From: Betaproteobacteria bacterium
Lineage (GTDB): Bacteria > Pseudomonadota > Gammaproteobacteria > Burkholderiales > JACQAP01
Assembly: GCA_031362885.1 (NCBI GenBank)
Contig: JANLTJ010000232.1
Coordinates: forward strand, 6,838-70,837
DNA: 64,000 bases
Reading direction: 5' to 3'
In this document: positions 25,737 through 36,046 of the stretch, piece after piece
How positions within the stretch are numbered: the stretch's first letter is position 1
Layout: each line of letters starts with the position of its first letter
Made by a program: the position numbers and the translations under genes
The notes under the pieces: model-generated
Database searches by the model: none
Told to the model about the DNA's origin: nothing
The model's input: only the letters and a program-made list of their open reading frames with translations

Positions 25737-27170
25737 ATGGACTCAGGCAAGCGCTACGAATGCGCGCTGGTCTGGTTCCGGCGGGATTTACGCAGTTATG
25801 ACCATGCCGCGCTCCACTACGCGCTCAGGAACGCGCGGCAGGTGCATTGTGCCTTCGTGTTCGACACGGAGATTCTGGATAAGCTGGCCGACCACGCTGA
25901 CAGGCGCGTCGAATTCATTTGGCACAGCGTGGAAGAACTGGCGCAATCGTTGGATCGGCTGGGTGGTGGATTGCAGGTGCTGGTCGGGCGCGCTCGCGAA
26001 CTGATTCCTGCTCTGACGGAAAAACTCGGGGCACAGGCGGTCTACGCGAATCACGACTACGAACCCGCTTCGAAAGAGCGCGATGCCGACATCGGCGCCA
26101 GTCTGCATCGGCGCGGCCAGGTTCTGCATACGTACAAGGACCAGGTCATCTTTGAGAAGGATGAACTTCTGACTCAAGCTGGCCGGCCCTATACCGTATT
26201 TACGCCCTATAAAAAAGCATGGCTGGCAAAGCTGGACCCATCTTTCTGCCGGGCCTATGGCATTGACGAGCATCGCGATGCGCTTGCCGGTGTCGGATCG
26301 TTGCCAATTCCGACCTTGGCGCAAATCGGTTTCAAGCCGACGAATTTGAAGAGCATGCGCCTGCCGACAGGGATGTCCGGGGGGCGGAAGATGTTGCAGG
26401 ATTTCATCGAACGCATGGATGGCTACCGTGACCAGCGGGATTTTCCCGGCGTGCGCGGGGTGTCCTGCCTGTCGGTGCACTTGCGATTTGGCACGCTTTC
26501 CATCAGGGAATTGGTGCGTATGGCGGCGTCCAAGGACAACGGAGGGGCGCGCACCTGGCTATCTGAGCTGGTTTGGCGCGATTTTTATTTCGGCATCCTT
26601 CATCATTACCCACACGTGGTGGATCATGCGTTCAGGTCACAGTATGAGGCGCTTCGCTTCCCGAATTCGCAGGCTCATTTCACCGCATGGTGCGAGGCGC
26701 GCACCGGATTTCCACTGGTAGATGCCGGGATGCGGCAGCTCAATGAGACCGGGTACATGCACAATCGCGTGCGCATGGTGGCAGCGTCGTTTCTGGTCAA
26801 GGATCTGCATGTGGATTGGCGCTGGGGTGAGGCATATTTTGCGCGCAAGCTCAACGATTTCGACCTTGCCGCCAACAACGGGGGTTGGCAGTGGTCGGCC
26901 TCAACCGGCTGCGATGCACAGCCCTGGTTTCGCATTTTCAACCCGATAACCCAGTCGAAGAAATTCGACCCCGACGGGCGGTACATACGGATGTATCTGC
27001 CCGAACTGACCAACGTCGAAACGAGATTTATTCACGAACCCTGGCAGATGAGCCTGGCGCAGCAGCGCGTTGCGGGGGTCGAAATCGGCAAGCAATACCC
27101 GGCGCCGGTTACGGATCACGCGTCTGCGCGCGCACTGACTCTGGAAATTTACCGGGCGGCCACCCGGTAG
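25737..27170 (+). CDS. phrB: Deoxyribodipyrimidine photolyase (class I CPD)
   Basis: LVWFRRDLR, VFTPY, WRDFY, GYMHNRVRM, DFDLAANNGGWQW, FRIFNP. Confidence 0.95.
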   Translation: MDSGKRYECALVWFRRDLRSYDHAALHYALRNARQVHCAFVFDTEILDKLADHADRRVEFIWHSVEELAQSLDRLGGGLQVLVGRARELIPALTEKLGAQAVYANHDYEPASKERDADIGASLHRRGQVLHTYKDQVIFEKDELLTQAGRPYTVFTPYKKAWLAKLDPSFCRAYGIDEHRDALAGVGSLPIPTLAQIGFKPTNLKSMRLPTGMSGGRKMLQDFIERMDGYRDQRDFPGVRGVSCLSVHLRFGTLSIRELVRMAASKDNGGARTWLSELVWRDFYFGILHHYPHVVDHAFRSQYEALRFPNSQAHFTAWCEARTGFPLVDAGMRQLNETGYMHNRVRMVAASFLVKDLHVDWRWGEAYFARKLNDFDLAANNGGWQWSASTGCDAQPWFRIFNPITQSKKFDPDGRYIRMYLPELTNVETRFIHEPWQMSLAQQRVAGVEIGKQYPAPVTDHASARALTLEIYRAATR

Positions 27171-27235
27171 CAGCAGTTGGCGAATCGGGACGCAGAGGAA
27201 ACCACGCATCCGGTTTCGCGCCCGGGAAGCACGGG

Positions 27236-27811
27236 TCAGTCTAGATACTCGAATACTTTCACGACTCGCTGGGTGCCGCCGGTTGTCGCTGCAGTCTGCG
27301 ATGCGGATTCTGCTTCCGCGCGCGTTACCAGGCCCATCAGATATACGGTGCCGTTTTCCGACACGACTTTGACATGGTTGGCTCCCACATCCTTGTTCTG
27401 TGCAAGCCGGCCCTTGACCCGGCTGGTGAGCAGTGTGTCGCTGGCGCGGGACGTCACCGAACTGGTGCCGCTGACCGTGATCTCGTTCTGAACGTTGCGG
27501 ACATTCGGCACTTCGAGCACGAGAATGGGTACATCCTGTTTCATCTCGTCGCTTGGACTCTGGCCGGTGAGCAGCACGTAGCGATTGAAGCTGGTAATGC
27601 TTATGTTGTGATTGTCGCCGTGCTTTTCCGAAAGGCGATTCTTGGCTTTGATTTCGATGGTCTGGTCTTCCAGCATAGTGGCACTGGAGCGTCGATCCTC
27701 GGACATCATGACACCGGCGCCAACGCCGGCGCCGATCAGCAATGGGATGCAGGATTGCAGCAACGGCATCCCGACGGCGAGCAATACCAAGAGTCGCATT
27801 GTTGATTTCAT
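27236..27811 (-). CDS. yraP: Dual BON-domain lipoprotein (DolP/YraP)
   Basis: LQSC lipobox, DRRS, VLLTGQ, VYLMGLVT, VVKVFEY. Confidence 0.88.
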   Translation of the reverse strand: MKSTMRLLVLLAVGMPLLQSCIPLLIGAGVGAGVMMSEDRRSSATMLEDQTIEIKAKNRLSEKHGDNHNISITSFNRYVLLTGQSPSDEMKQDVPILVLEVPNVRNVQNEITVSGTSSVTSRASDTLLTSRVKGRLAQNKDVGANHVKVVSENGTVYLMGLVTRAEAESASQTAATTGGTQRVVKVFEYLD

Positions 27812-28405
<594 letters not shown>

Positions 28406-28473
28406 TCAACATTTGTTGGAGTGGCGGGAGAATTATTGCACAAAGCCTGTCGCCGTTCGCGAGTCAACCGCGA

Positions 28474-28815
28474 TTATTCGCCGAAGGCATTTTCGATCCA
28501 CTCCAGTTCATGGGTGTCGCCGTTAAGCAACACTGCGTCGAAACGGCATGCGGGAAACTCATTGGCGGCGGCCATGTAGTGCCGGGCAGCGCGCAGGAGT
28601 TTCTCGCGTTTGCCGCTGGTGATGCTTTCACGCGCGCCGCCAAAGGACCGATCCTGTCGGTAGCGCACTTCGACAAATACCAGTGTAGGCCCGTGGCGCA
28701 TGATCAGATCGATTTCGCCGAATCGGCAGCGATAATTGCGCTCGATCAGTCGGAGTCCGCGTCCGGTGAGAAACTCCGCGGCTGCCTGCTCGGCCAGCGC
28801 GCCCCGGTCGCTCAT
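28474..28815 (-). CDS. yraN: YraN (UPF0102) protein
   Basis: GEIDLIM, LVFVEVR, CRFD, WIENAF. Confidence 0.93.
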   Translation of the reverse strand: MSDRGALAEQAAAEFLTGRGLRLIERNYRCRFGEIDLIMRHGPTLVFVEVRYRQDRSFGGARESITSGKREKLLRAARHYMAAANEFPACRFDAVLLNGDTHELEWIENAFGE

Positions 28816-29930
28816 CGTGCCGGTGGGACTTCGAGCGCTTTTGCGATGCCCTGGGAAAATTGCGCGGGTACCAGCGCCCGCGCGAACAGGCGGGAGTTGT
28901 CCAGCGTGATGGTTCCGGTCACGCCGTCGAGCGGCGCCATGGCTTCGTAAGGACGAAGCAGTTCCTGAACCAGTCGATAAGCATCAATGCCAAGCGCGTA
29001 AAGGCGCTCCTGATCAAGCGCCGCGCGTTTGACGTCCGGACGCGAATAACTGATGACTGCGGGGTGATCGGGTTGCAGAAGCCAGGGCATGTCCAGGAAG
29101 CGCACGCCCTCCAGATCGAAATTGGCAAGTGCGTCCGTAGTCGACGTAAATACCATTGATGTCGCGAAAATGGCTGTGGACGCCGCGAGAAACGAACGCA
29201 CGAAGCGCGCCCGGCCAGAGTCGAGCGCAAGAAAGACGATATCGGCACCTGAATAGGCCACCTGCTCGCGTAATCCGGCCAGGGCCGCCGGGTCGCTTGC
29301 ATAGGTGAATCGTCCGGTAACCTTAGCATCATGCGATTCCCATTCCTCGGTAAACGCCTGCGCAATGCGTCCGCTCAGGGCCGAGTCGCTGGCTATCAGA
29401 AAAGCCTTGGTGTTGTGCTGGCGCAATGCAAACCGGGCGAGTTGACGTGTCTCCATTTCGATATTCAAACCGAACACGAACAAATCGCGCGCCAGCGATT
29501 CGCCGCCTTCGGGTGTATTCAGAGCCAGAGTCGGCACGCTTATGATGCCGCTCTGCGCAAGCGAGGTGACGCCGCCGCGCGTGAGCGGGCCGATTACCGC
29601 GCTGGCCCCCATTGAAGTGGCCCGCTGATACGCGGAAAGAATCTGGGCGGGGTCATCGTTTGTCGAATAGACTTTGACCTTCAGGGCGTTTGGCGGACCG
29701 CTATTGGCGGCATTAAGGATGCCCTGGCGCACGGATTCGGCATGCTTGGCAAAGGAACTGGAATGTAGCGGCAGGAGAACTGCGATGTGCGGCTCGGCGA
29801 ATCCAGGCGGGCGGTCGGCGCCTTCGGGCGCCGCGGCGCCGGAGTTGCCCGCGAGGCCGATGGATAAGGCGAGCAGTGCCCAGTATAGTGGCGATGACAC
29901 CAACCAGGAAAAGGCCCGGAGAAGTTGCAT
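28812..29930 (-). CDS. Penicillin-binding protein activator (LppC/LpoA C-domain)
   Basis: IAVLLPL, VIGPLTR, PTLALN, RLYALGIDAY, GVTG; synteny with yraN/rsmI. Confidence 0.85.
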   Translation of the reverse strand: MQLLRAFSWLVSSPLYWALLALSIGLAGNSGAAAPEGADRPPGFAEPHIAVLLPLHSSSFAKHAESVRQGILNAANSGPPNALKVKVYSTNDDPAQILSAYQRATSMGASAVIGPLTRGGVTSLAQSGIISVPTLALNTPEGGESLARDLFVFGLNIEMETRQLARFALRQHNTKAFLIASDSALSGRIAQAFTEEWESHDAKVTGRFTYASDPAALAGLREQVAYSGADIVFLALDSGRARFVRSFLAASTAIFATSMVFTSTTDALANFDLEGVRFLDMPWLLQPDHPAVISYSRPDVKRAALDQERLYALGIDAYRLVQELLRPYEAMAPLDGVTGTITLDNSRLFARALVPAQFSQGIAKALEVPPAR

Positions 29931-30806
29931 AGCGAAAGTACGGAAGTGGCCGAGCCGACATTATATGTGGTGGCCACTCCGATCGGGAATCTTCGCGACA
30001 TCACGTTGCGTGCTCTGGATACGCTGAAATCGGTGGATGCGATTGCCGCGGAGGACACGCGGGTATCGCGCAATCTGCTGGCTCATTTTGGAATCCAGGC
30101 GAAGTTGATTGCATCGCACCAGCACAACGAGCACGAAGCGGCGCAGCGGCTCTTGACGCTGTTGTCTCAGGGAAAATCGGTGGCCTTGATCTCCGACGCA
30201 GGCACCCCCGCCATCAGCGATCCAGGGGCAATCGTGGTTGCGCAGGTGCGTGCCGCCGGATTCCGGGTTATTGCCATTCCTGGCGCGAGCGCGCTAACAA
30301 CCGCATTGGCGGCAGCCGGACTGGAATGCACGTCATTTTCTTTCAACGGGTTTCTTCCGGCCCGCAAGGGCGAGCGGGAGCGCATGCTGGCGAGTCTTGA
30401 GCCACGGCGTGAACTGCAAGTGTTTTACGAGGCGCCGCATCGCATGATCGAATCCATTGCGAGCATGGTCACGGTATTCGGGGACGAGCGCCGCATCGGC
30501 ATAGCGCGCGAACTGACCAAGTTTTTTGAGCAGATTCACGTGTGCCGCCTCGCCGAGGCTCCCGCGTGGCTGGAACTAAGCGAGAACCATCGGCGTGGCG
30601 AGTTCGTGCTGATGGTGGAAGGTCGCCCGCAATCCGCAACCGATCGGGTGGATTCCAATCCCGGGCGCGTGCTTGAAATCCTGCTCCATGAGCTGCCCTT
30701 GAAGCAGGCCGTCGCGCTGGCAGCCGCGATAACCGGGGCGAAGAAAAATGCGCTGTACGATCAGGCGCTGAAACTGAAAAAGGGAAGCATTGATAACGCA
30801 ACATGA
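29925..30806 (+). CDS. rsmI: 16S rRNA (C1402-2'-O)-methyltransferase (start may be GTG 29946)
   Basis: LYVVATPIGNLRDIT, AEDTR, SDAGTPAISDPG, ARELTK. Confidence 0.95.
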   Translation: MHSESTEVAEPTLYVVATPIGNLRDITLRALDTLKSVDAIAAEDTRVSRNLLAHFGIQAKLIASHQHNEHEAAQRLLTLLSQGKSVALISDAGTPAISDPGAIVVAQVRAAGFRVIAIPGASALTTALAAAGLECTSFSFNGFLPARKGERERMLASLEPRRELQVFYEAPHRMIESIASMVTVFGDERRIGIARELTKFFEQIHVCRLAEAPAWLELSENHRRGEFVLMVEGRPQSATDRVDSNPGRVLEILLHELPLKQAVALAAAITGAKKNALYDQALKLKKGSIDNAT

Positions 30807-30840
30807 TCAGAATCATTGTTTTTGAGCTTGGCCTGCCAAT

Positions 30841-31872
30841 ATGGATCGCATAACCCTGACCCGGCCGGACGACTGGCATCTTCACCTGCGCGACGGCGAT
30901 GCGCTCGGATCGGTGCTGGCGGATACAGCGCGGCGATTTGCACGAGCTATCGTCATGCCCAACCTGAAGCCGCCGGTAACGACGCTTGCCGCGGCCGAGC
31001 ACTACCGGGATCGCATTGTCGCGGCTTTGCCGCACGGCAGCGATTTTCAGCCATTGATGACGCTCTATCTCACCGACAACACCAGCGCCGCGGAGATTCG
31101 AAAGGCGGCGGCCAGTGGCATCGTGTATGCGGTGAAATACTACCCGGCGGGCGCGACGACCAATTCCGATTCCGGTGTAAGCGATATCGGAAAGTGCGTG
31201 GAAGCACTGGAGGCCATGGTCGTGGCCGGCATGCCCCTGCTCGTCCATGGCGAGGTCACCGATGCACAAGTCGATGTTTTTGATCGCGAGAAGATTTTCA
31301 TCGAGCGCACCTTGATTCCGCTGACCCAGCGTCTGCCGGGGCTGCGGATTGTTCTGGAGCATATTACGACCGCCAATGCCGTCAAATGCGTGCTGAGCGC
31401 AGCGGACAACGTGGCGGCAACCATAACGGCGCATCATTTGCTGCTTAACCGGAACGACATCTTCCGGGGCGGGATTCATCCCCACCATTACTGCCTGCCG
31501 ATCCTGAAACGCGAGGAACACCGGCTGGCATTGGTCAGGGCGGCGACCTCCGGTAATCCGAAATTCTTTCTGGGGACAGACAGCGCACCGCACGCGCGCC
31601 ATACCAAGGAAGCGGCCTGTGGGTGTGCCGGCATCTACACCGCGCATGCGGCAATCGAGCTCTATGCGGAAGCATTCGATGCCGCCGGGGCTCTGGACAA
31701 GCTGGAGGGATTCGCCAGCCACTACGGCGCCGATTTCTACGGTTTGGCGCACAACTCCGGGTCAATGACCCTGGTTAGAAGCAGCTGGTCGGTGCCCGAA
31801 GCATTGGCTTATGGCGTGGACGAGCTGGTCCCGATGCGGGGTGGTTCTAACATTGCCTGGAAAATCGAGTAG
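30841..31872 (+). CDS. pyrC: Dihydroorotase
   Basis: [37 protein letters not shown]. Confidence 0.96.
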   Translation: MDRITLTRPDDWHLHLRDGDALGSVLADTARRFARAIVMPNLKPPVTTLAAAEHYRDRIVAALPHGSDFQPLMTLYLTDNTSAAEIRKAAASGIVYAVKYYPAGATTNSDSGVSDIGKCVEALEAMVVAGMPLLVHGEVTDAQVDVFDREKIFIERTLIPLTQRLPGLRIVLEHITTANAVKCVLSAADNVAATITAHHLLLNRNDIFRGGIHPHHYCLPILKREEHRLALVRAATSGNPKFFLGTDSAPHARHTKEAACGCAGIYTAHAAIELYAEAFDAAGALDKLEGFASHYGADFYGLAHNSGSMTLVRSSWSVPEALAYGVDELVPMRGGSNIAWKIE

Positions 31873-31967
31873 CGCGCGGGTGGTCTGACCGAAATTCACA
31901 GCCAATATTCCACAGGGTTCCGCGATAGAGAACACAGGTTGCGCTTATGGGGCGTAAGATACGACCC

Positions 31968-32338
31968 GAAGCTGGCCGGGCGGTCGCTGCGCAATTCGCT
32001 TGCGTAGAGGAAAGTCCGGGCTCCACAGAGCAGGATGCCGGTTAACGACCGGACGCCGCGAGGCGATGGAAAGTGCCACAGAGAACAGTCTGCCTAAGTC
32101 TCGTTCCAACGAGAACGGCGATGGTGAAACGGCGGGGTAAGAGCCCACCGCGCTTCTGGTAACAGGGGCGGCACGGCAAACCCCATCCGGAGCAAGACCA
32201 AATAGGGGGGCAATAGCGCGGCTCGCGCTGTCCCCGGGTAGGTTGCTTGAGCCGACAGGTAACTGGCGGCCCAGATGAATGACTGCCGGAGCATCGCAAG
32301 GTGTTCGACAGAACCCGGCTTACAGGCCAGCTTCACTT
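31968..32338 (+). ncRNA. rnpB: RNase P RNA (class A)
   Basis: GAGGAAAGTCCGGGCTC, AGTGCCACAGA, GGCAAACCCC and ACAGAACCCGGCTTA; 5' GAAGCTGGCC pairs with 3' GGCCAGCTTC. Confidence 0.96.
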
Positions 32339-32542
32339 CTTCCTGTTTTCTCCCGTCGTTGCCCCACTTTCCGGCCATCCGGCTCGCGCTGCGAAATTCT
32401 TGGTCAATCCCCTTCTGATCCTAGAATTGAAATTAATTTCTGGATATATCCAATTGAAAAACAATAAAAAATTTTTATTGGGTACGATAGAGTGGAGTTA
32501 TTCGTAAGTCTTTGTCGCAATTCAAAAAAACTCAGAATCGGC

Positions 32543-32594
32543 TTGACCTTCGATTTTTTTTCTACTAAAGTGGGGAAAAGTAGGTATTAGTGGG
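32543..32594 (+). promoter_or_regulatory. dcw (mra) promoter with three MraZ boxes
   Basis: TTGACC (32543)-N17-TAAAGT (32566); GTGGG, GTAGG and GTGGG at 32570, 32580 and 32590 (10-bp period). Confidence 0.85.
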
Positions 32595-32632
32595 AAAACG
32601 AGATACTTCTGAGCCTCCCAACGGATCTAGTG

Positions 32633-33076
32633 ATGTTTCAGGGCGCAACCGCACTCAGTATCGATGCCAAGGGCCGGCTGGCGGTGCCGACGCGTCATCG
32701 CGAGGCACTTCAGTCCGGGGGGGCTGGTAAGCAAGTACTTACGGCCCATCCGCATCGCTGCCTTCTTTTGTATCCGGCTCCTGCCTGGGAGCCGATACGC
32801 GCCCGGATTATGAGTTTCTCGAGCTTTGACGCCCAGACCAGTTTGTGGAAGCGATTGCTGGTTGGTTTCGCTGAAGAAGTGGAACTCGATGCCGCCGGAC
32901 GACTTCTGATCTCTCCTGAATTGAGAAAGTTTGGCTCCTTCGAGAAGCAAGTAATGATGGTTGGCCAGGGCAGTCATTTCGAAATCTGGAGCCAGGAAGC
33001 CTGGGAAAAGCAACTCGATCAGTTGTCGGCCAGTTCCGACAAGTTGCCGCCCGGGATGGAGAACTTCGCTTTGTGA
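32633..33076 (+). CDS. mraZ: Transcriptional regulator MraZ
   Basis: [23 protein letters not shown]. Confidence 0.95.
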   Translation: MFQGATALSIDAKGRLAVPTRHREALQSGGAGKQVLTAHPHRCLLLYPAPAWEPIRARIMSFSSFDAQTSLWKRLLVGFAEEVELDAAGRLLISPELRKFGSFEKQVMMVGQGSHFEIWSQEAWEKQLDQLSASSDKLPPGMENFAL

Positions 33077-34026
33077 ATCCGGCTCCGGCCGCGCGCGACG
33101 ACAAGAGTTTGCACAAGACAGTACTGCTCGGCGAAGCCGTCGAGGCATTGCGTATCAGGGCCGAGGGCACGTATGTGGATGCGACCTTCGGTCGGGGCGG
33201 GCACAGCCGCGCGATTCTAAAGCGCCTGGGCGAGTCGGGAAAGTTGATCGCGGTTGATCGCGATCCCGATGCGCTGGCACACGCGGCGACGATATCCGAC
33301 CCGCGTCTGGTCGCAATCCAGATGGCGTTTGGCGGGCTTGCACAAGTGCTGGCAAAGGCGGGAGTGGCGGGAGTGGATGGCGTGTTGCTCGATCTTGGCG
33401 TTTCGTCGCCGCAGATCGATTTGGCCGCCAGGGGATTTAGTTTCCGCTTCGACGGGCCGCTCGACATGCGGATGGACCCCGGCCACGGCGTATCGGCGGC
33501 CGAGTGGATTGCGCAAGCTTCGGAACAGGAGATCGGGGAGGTTATCAGGCGTTATGGCGAAGAACGGTTTGCTAAACAGATTGCAAGAGCGATTGTTGCG
33601 GCTCGATCGAGTGGGCCGGTCTATCGCACACGGCAACTTGCCCAGATCGTGGCAAAAGCCGTTTCCTCGCGCGAGCCACATCAGGACCCGGCGACGCGTA
33701 CCTTCCAAGCTATTCGGATTTACATCAATCAGGAGCTTGAAGAGTTGGAAGTAGCCTTGCCGCAATGTCTGGACATGCTCAACGCGGGTGGGCGGCTGGT
33801 CGTGATCAGCTTTCATTCCCTGGAAGATCGCATCGTCAAGCATTTCATGCGCGCGCGGGCTCAACCCGGTTCGTTGCCGGCCCGTCTGCCGGTGCGGCAC
33901 GCGCAGTTGCCCAGGCCGACGCTGGAGCTGATTGGAAAGCCGGTGTATCCGACTGAACATGAAATCGCGGCCAACCCCCGTGCACGCAGCGCGGTCATGC
34001 GGGTAGCGGAGAAGATGCTCGCATGA
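33073..34026 (+). CDS. rsmH: 16S rRNA m4C1402 methyltransferase
   Basis: [39 protein letters not shown]. Confidence 0.96.
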   Translation: MNPAPAARDDKSLHKTVLLGEAVEALRIRAEGTYVDATFGRGGHSRAILKRLGESGKLIAVDRDPDALAHAATISDPRLVAIQMAFGGLAQVLAKAGVAGVDGVLLDLGVSSPQIDLAARGFSFRFDGPLDMRMDPGHGVSAAEWIAQASEQEIGEVIRRYGEERFAKQIARAIVAARSSGPVYRTRQLAQIVAKAVSSREPHQDPATRTFQAIRIYINQELEELEVALPQCLDMLNAGGRLVVISFHSLEDRIVKHFMRARAQPGSLPARLPVRHAQLPRPTLELIGKPVYPTEHEIAANPRARSAVMRVAEKMLA

Positions 34027-34304
34027 TCAGGATCAACGCAGTGCTGGCCACGATTCTGGTTGTTTGTGCCCTGGCCCTGGTAACGTCCCAGCACAAGGCG
34101 AGAAAACTGTTCGTAGAGCTGCAAAAGGAGCAGGACCGGGGAGCCCAGTTCGAAACTGAATACGGACAGTTGCAGCTCGAGCAAAGCACATGGGCGATGC
34201 AAGCCCGGGTCGAGAAAATTGCGACCAACAATTTGCAGATGCGTGTCGCCCCGGCGGCACGCGTGTATCTGGTTCCTCCCGCTCCCGCGCCTGCCCGTCC
34301 ATGA
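34023..34304 (+). CDS. ftsL: Cell division protein FtsL
   Basis: TM plus coiled coil, LQLEQST; position in dcw cluster. Confidence 0.92.
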   Translation: MIRINAVLATILVVCALALVTSQHKARKLFVELQKEQDRGAQFETEYGQLQLEQSTWAMQARVEKIATNNLQMRVAPAARVYLVPPAPAPARP

Positions 34305-36046
34305 GTGCCCGCAGCAGTTCAGCATTGTCCGTGCGTCTGCCCGTGTGGCGGGCGCGATTGTTGTTGCTGTTGATGCTGTCCGGGTTCGTGGTGCTGGCGG
34401 CGCGGGCTTTTTATCTTCAGGGGCTCAACAACGACTTCCTCAGGATGAAAGGCGAAACGCGCTATTCGCGGGTATTGGACATATCGGCGCACCGTGGCAT
34501 GGTGACCGACCGCAATGGTGAACCGCTCGCGCTGAGCACGCCGGTGGAATCGGTGTGGGCAGTTCCGGGGGATGCGAATCTGAGTGGCGCGCAACGCGCA
34601 CGGCTGGCCCGGCTGCTCGGCACGAATGCGGAGCAAATCAGAAAGAAACTGGGCGAGACCGGGCGGGATTTTGTTTATTTGAAACGGCAGTTGCCCCCCG
34701 AGCAGGCAGCGCAGGTCGTGCAGTTGAAGCTGCCGGGCGTTTTTCTTCAGCGCGAGTACCGGCGCTACTATCCGACGGCCGAGGTGAGTGCGCATGTGGT
34801 TGGCGTCACGGGCGTGGACGACAACGGTCAGGAAGGCATCGAGTTGGCCTATCAGGACTGGCTCAAGGGCAAGCCGGGCAGCCGCCGGGTCATCAGGGAC
34901 CGGCTTGGCAGCGTAGTGGAGGACGTTGAAAGCATACGCGCGCCACAGCAGGGCCGGGAACTCGCGCTCGCCATCGATCAGCGCATCCAATACCTCGCCT
35001 TCCGTGAGCTTAAAAGCGCAATCGCATTGAACCAGGCCAGGGCCGGAAGTCTTGTGGTACTGGACGTCGTGACCGGGGAAGTGCTGGCACTGACCAACTG
35101 GCCGACTTACAACCCGAACAACCGCGACACGTTAAAGCCCGGTCGATCGCGCAATAGCGCTGTGGTCGATTTGTTCGAGCCGGGCTCCACCCTGAAACCT
35201 TTCACGGTCGCGGCGGCGCTGGAATCCGGCATGGTCGGCCCGGGCAGCATGATCGATACCGAAGGCGGTCACTACACGATCGGCAACCGCACCATCCACG
35301 ATTCGCACCCGGAAGGCGTGCTCAGCGTTGCCCAAGTGATCCAGAAATCGTCGAACGTCGGCTCGGCAAAGATGGCATTGGCGATGGCCCCGCGAAAGCT
35401 CTGGACGATTCTGTCCGACGTCGGCTTCGGTGCGCAGACCAAGGTCGAGTTTCCCGGCGAAGCCTCGGGCCGGCTCCGCGCATACCAATCCTGGAAGCCC
35501 ATCGAACAGGCCACCATGTCCTACGGCCACGGTATATCGGTCAGTTTGGTCCAGCTGGCGCGCGCCTATTCCGTGTTTGCGACCGACGGCAAACTCATGC
35601 CCCTCACCCTGGTCAGGCGCGATGCGCCGGTTGACGGCAAAGCGGTCATGTCGCCGCGCACCGCGCATTCGGTGCGTAAGATGCTTGAAATGGTTACGCA
35701 ACCCGGTGGCACCGCGACACGCGCACAGGTGGCTGGTTACCGTGTCGCTGGCAAGACCGGGACTGCGCACAAACTCGTAGACGGCAATTACGCGCCGGAT
35801 CGCTATATTTCCTCCTTCGTCGGCTTTGCCCCCGTTTCCAGTCCGCGTCTGGTTATCGCCGTCATGCTGGACGAGCCGGGCGGCAAGGCCTACTTCGGAG
35901 GCGAGATTGCCGCCCCCGTGTTTAGCGCGGTCATGGCCGGTGCCTTACGATTTTTGAACGTTGCACCCGATGCCGCGCCCAACGCTGTGTTACCTGACCA
36001 TGTGATTGACCGCAATTCCGGTCGTCTTGCCGGGGGAGAGGTATGA
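34301..36046 (+). CDS. ftsI: Peptidoglycan D,D-transpeptidase PBP3
   Basis: RGMVTDRNG, EPGSTLK, SSN, KTGT. Confidence 0.96.
   Translation: MSARSSSALSVRLPVWRARLLLLLMLSGFVVLAARAFYLQGLNNDFLRMKGETRYSRVLDISAHRGMVTDRNGEPLALSTPVESVWAVPGDANLSGAQRARLARLLGTNAEQIRKKLGETGRDFVYLKRQLPPEQAAQVVQLKLPGVFLQREYRRYYPTAEVSAHVVGVTGVDDNGQEGIELAYQDWLKGKPGSRRVIRDRLGSVVEDVESIRAPQQGRELALAIDQRIQYLAFRELKSAIALNQARAGSLVVLDVVTGEVLALTNWPTYNPNNRDTLKPGRSRNSAVVDLFEPGSTLKPFTVAAALESGMVGPGSMIDTEGGHYTIGNRTIHDSHPEGVLSVAQVIQKSSNVGSAKMALAMAPRKLWTILSDVGFGAQTKVEFPGEASGRLRAYQSWKPIEQATMSYGHGISVSLVQLARAYSVFATDGKLMPLTLVRRDAPVDGKAVMSPRTAHSVRKMLEMVTQPGGTATRAQVAGYRVAGKTGTAHKLVDGNYAPDRYISSFVGFAPVSSPRLVIAVMLDEPGGKAYFGGEIAAPVFSAVMAGALRFLNVAPDAAPNAVLPDHVIDRNSGRLAGGEV

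Noticed and set aside
29925..29946. Head-to-head overlap of the lpoA-like gene and rsmI
   Set aside because: The divergent arrangement is conserved, and the overlap disappears if rsmI starts at GTG 29946.
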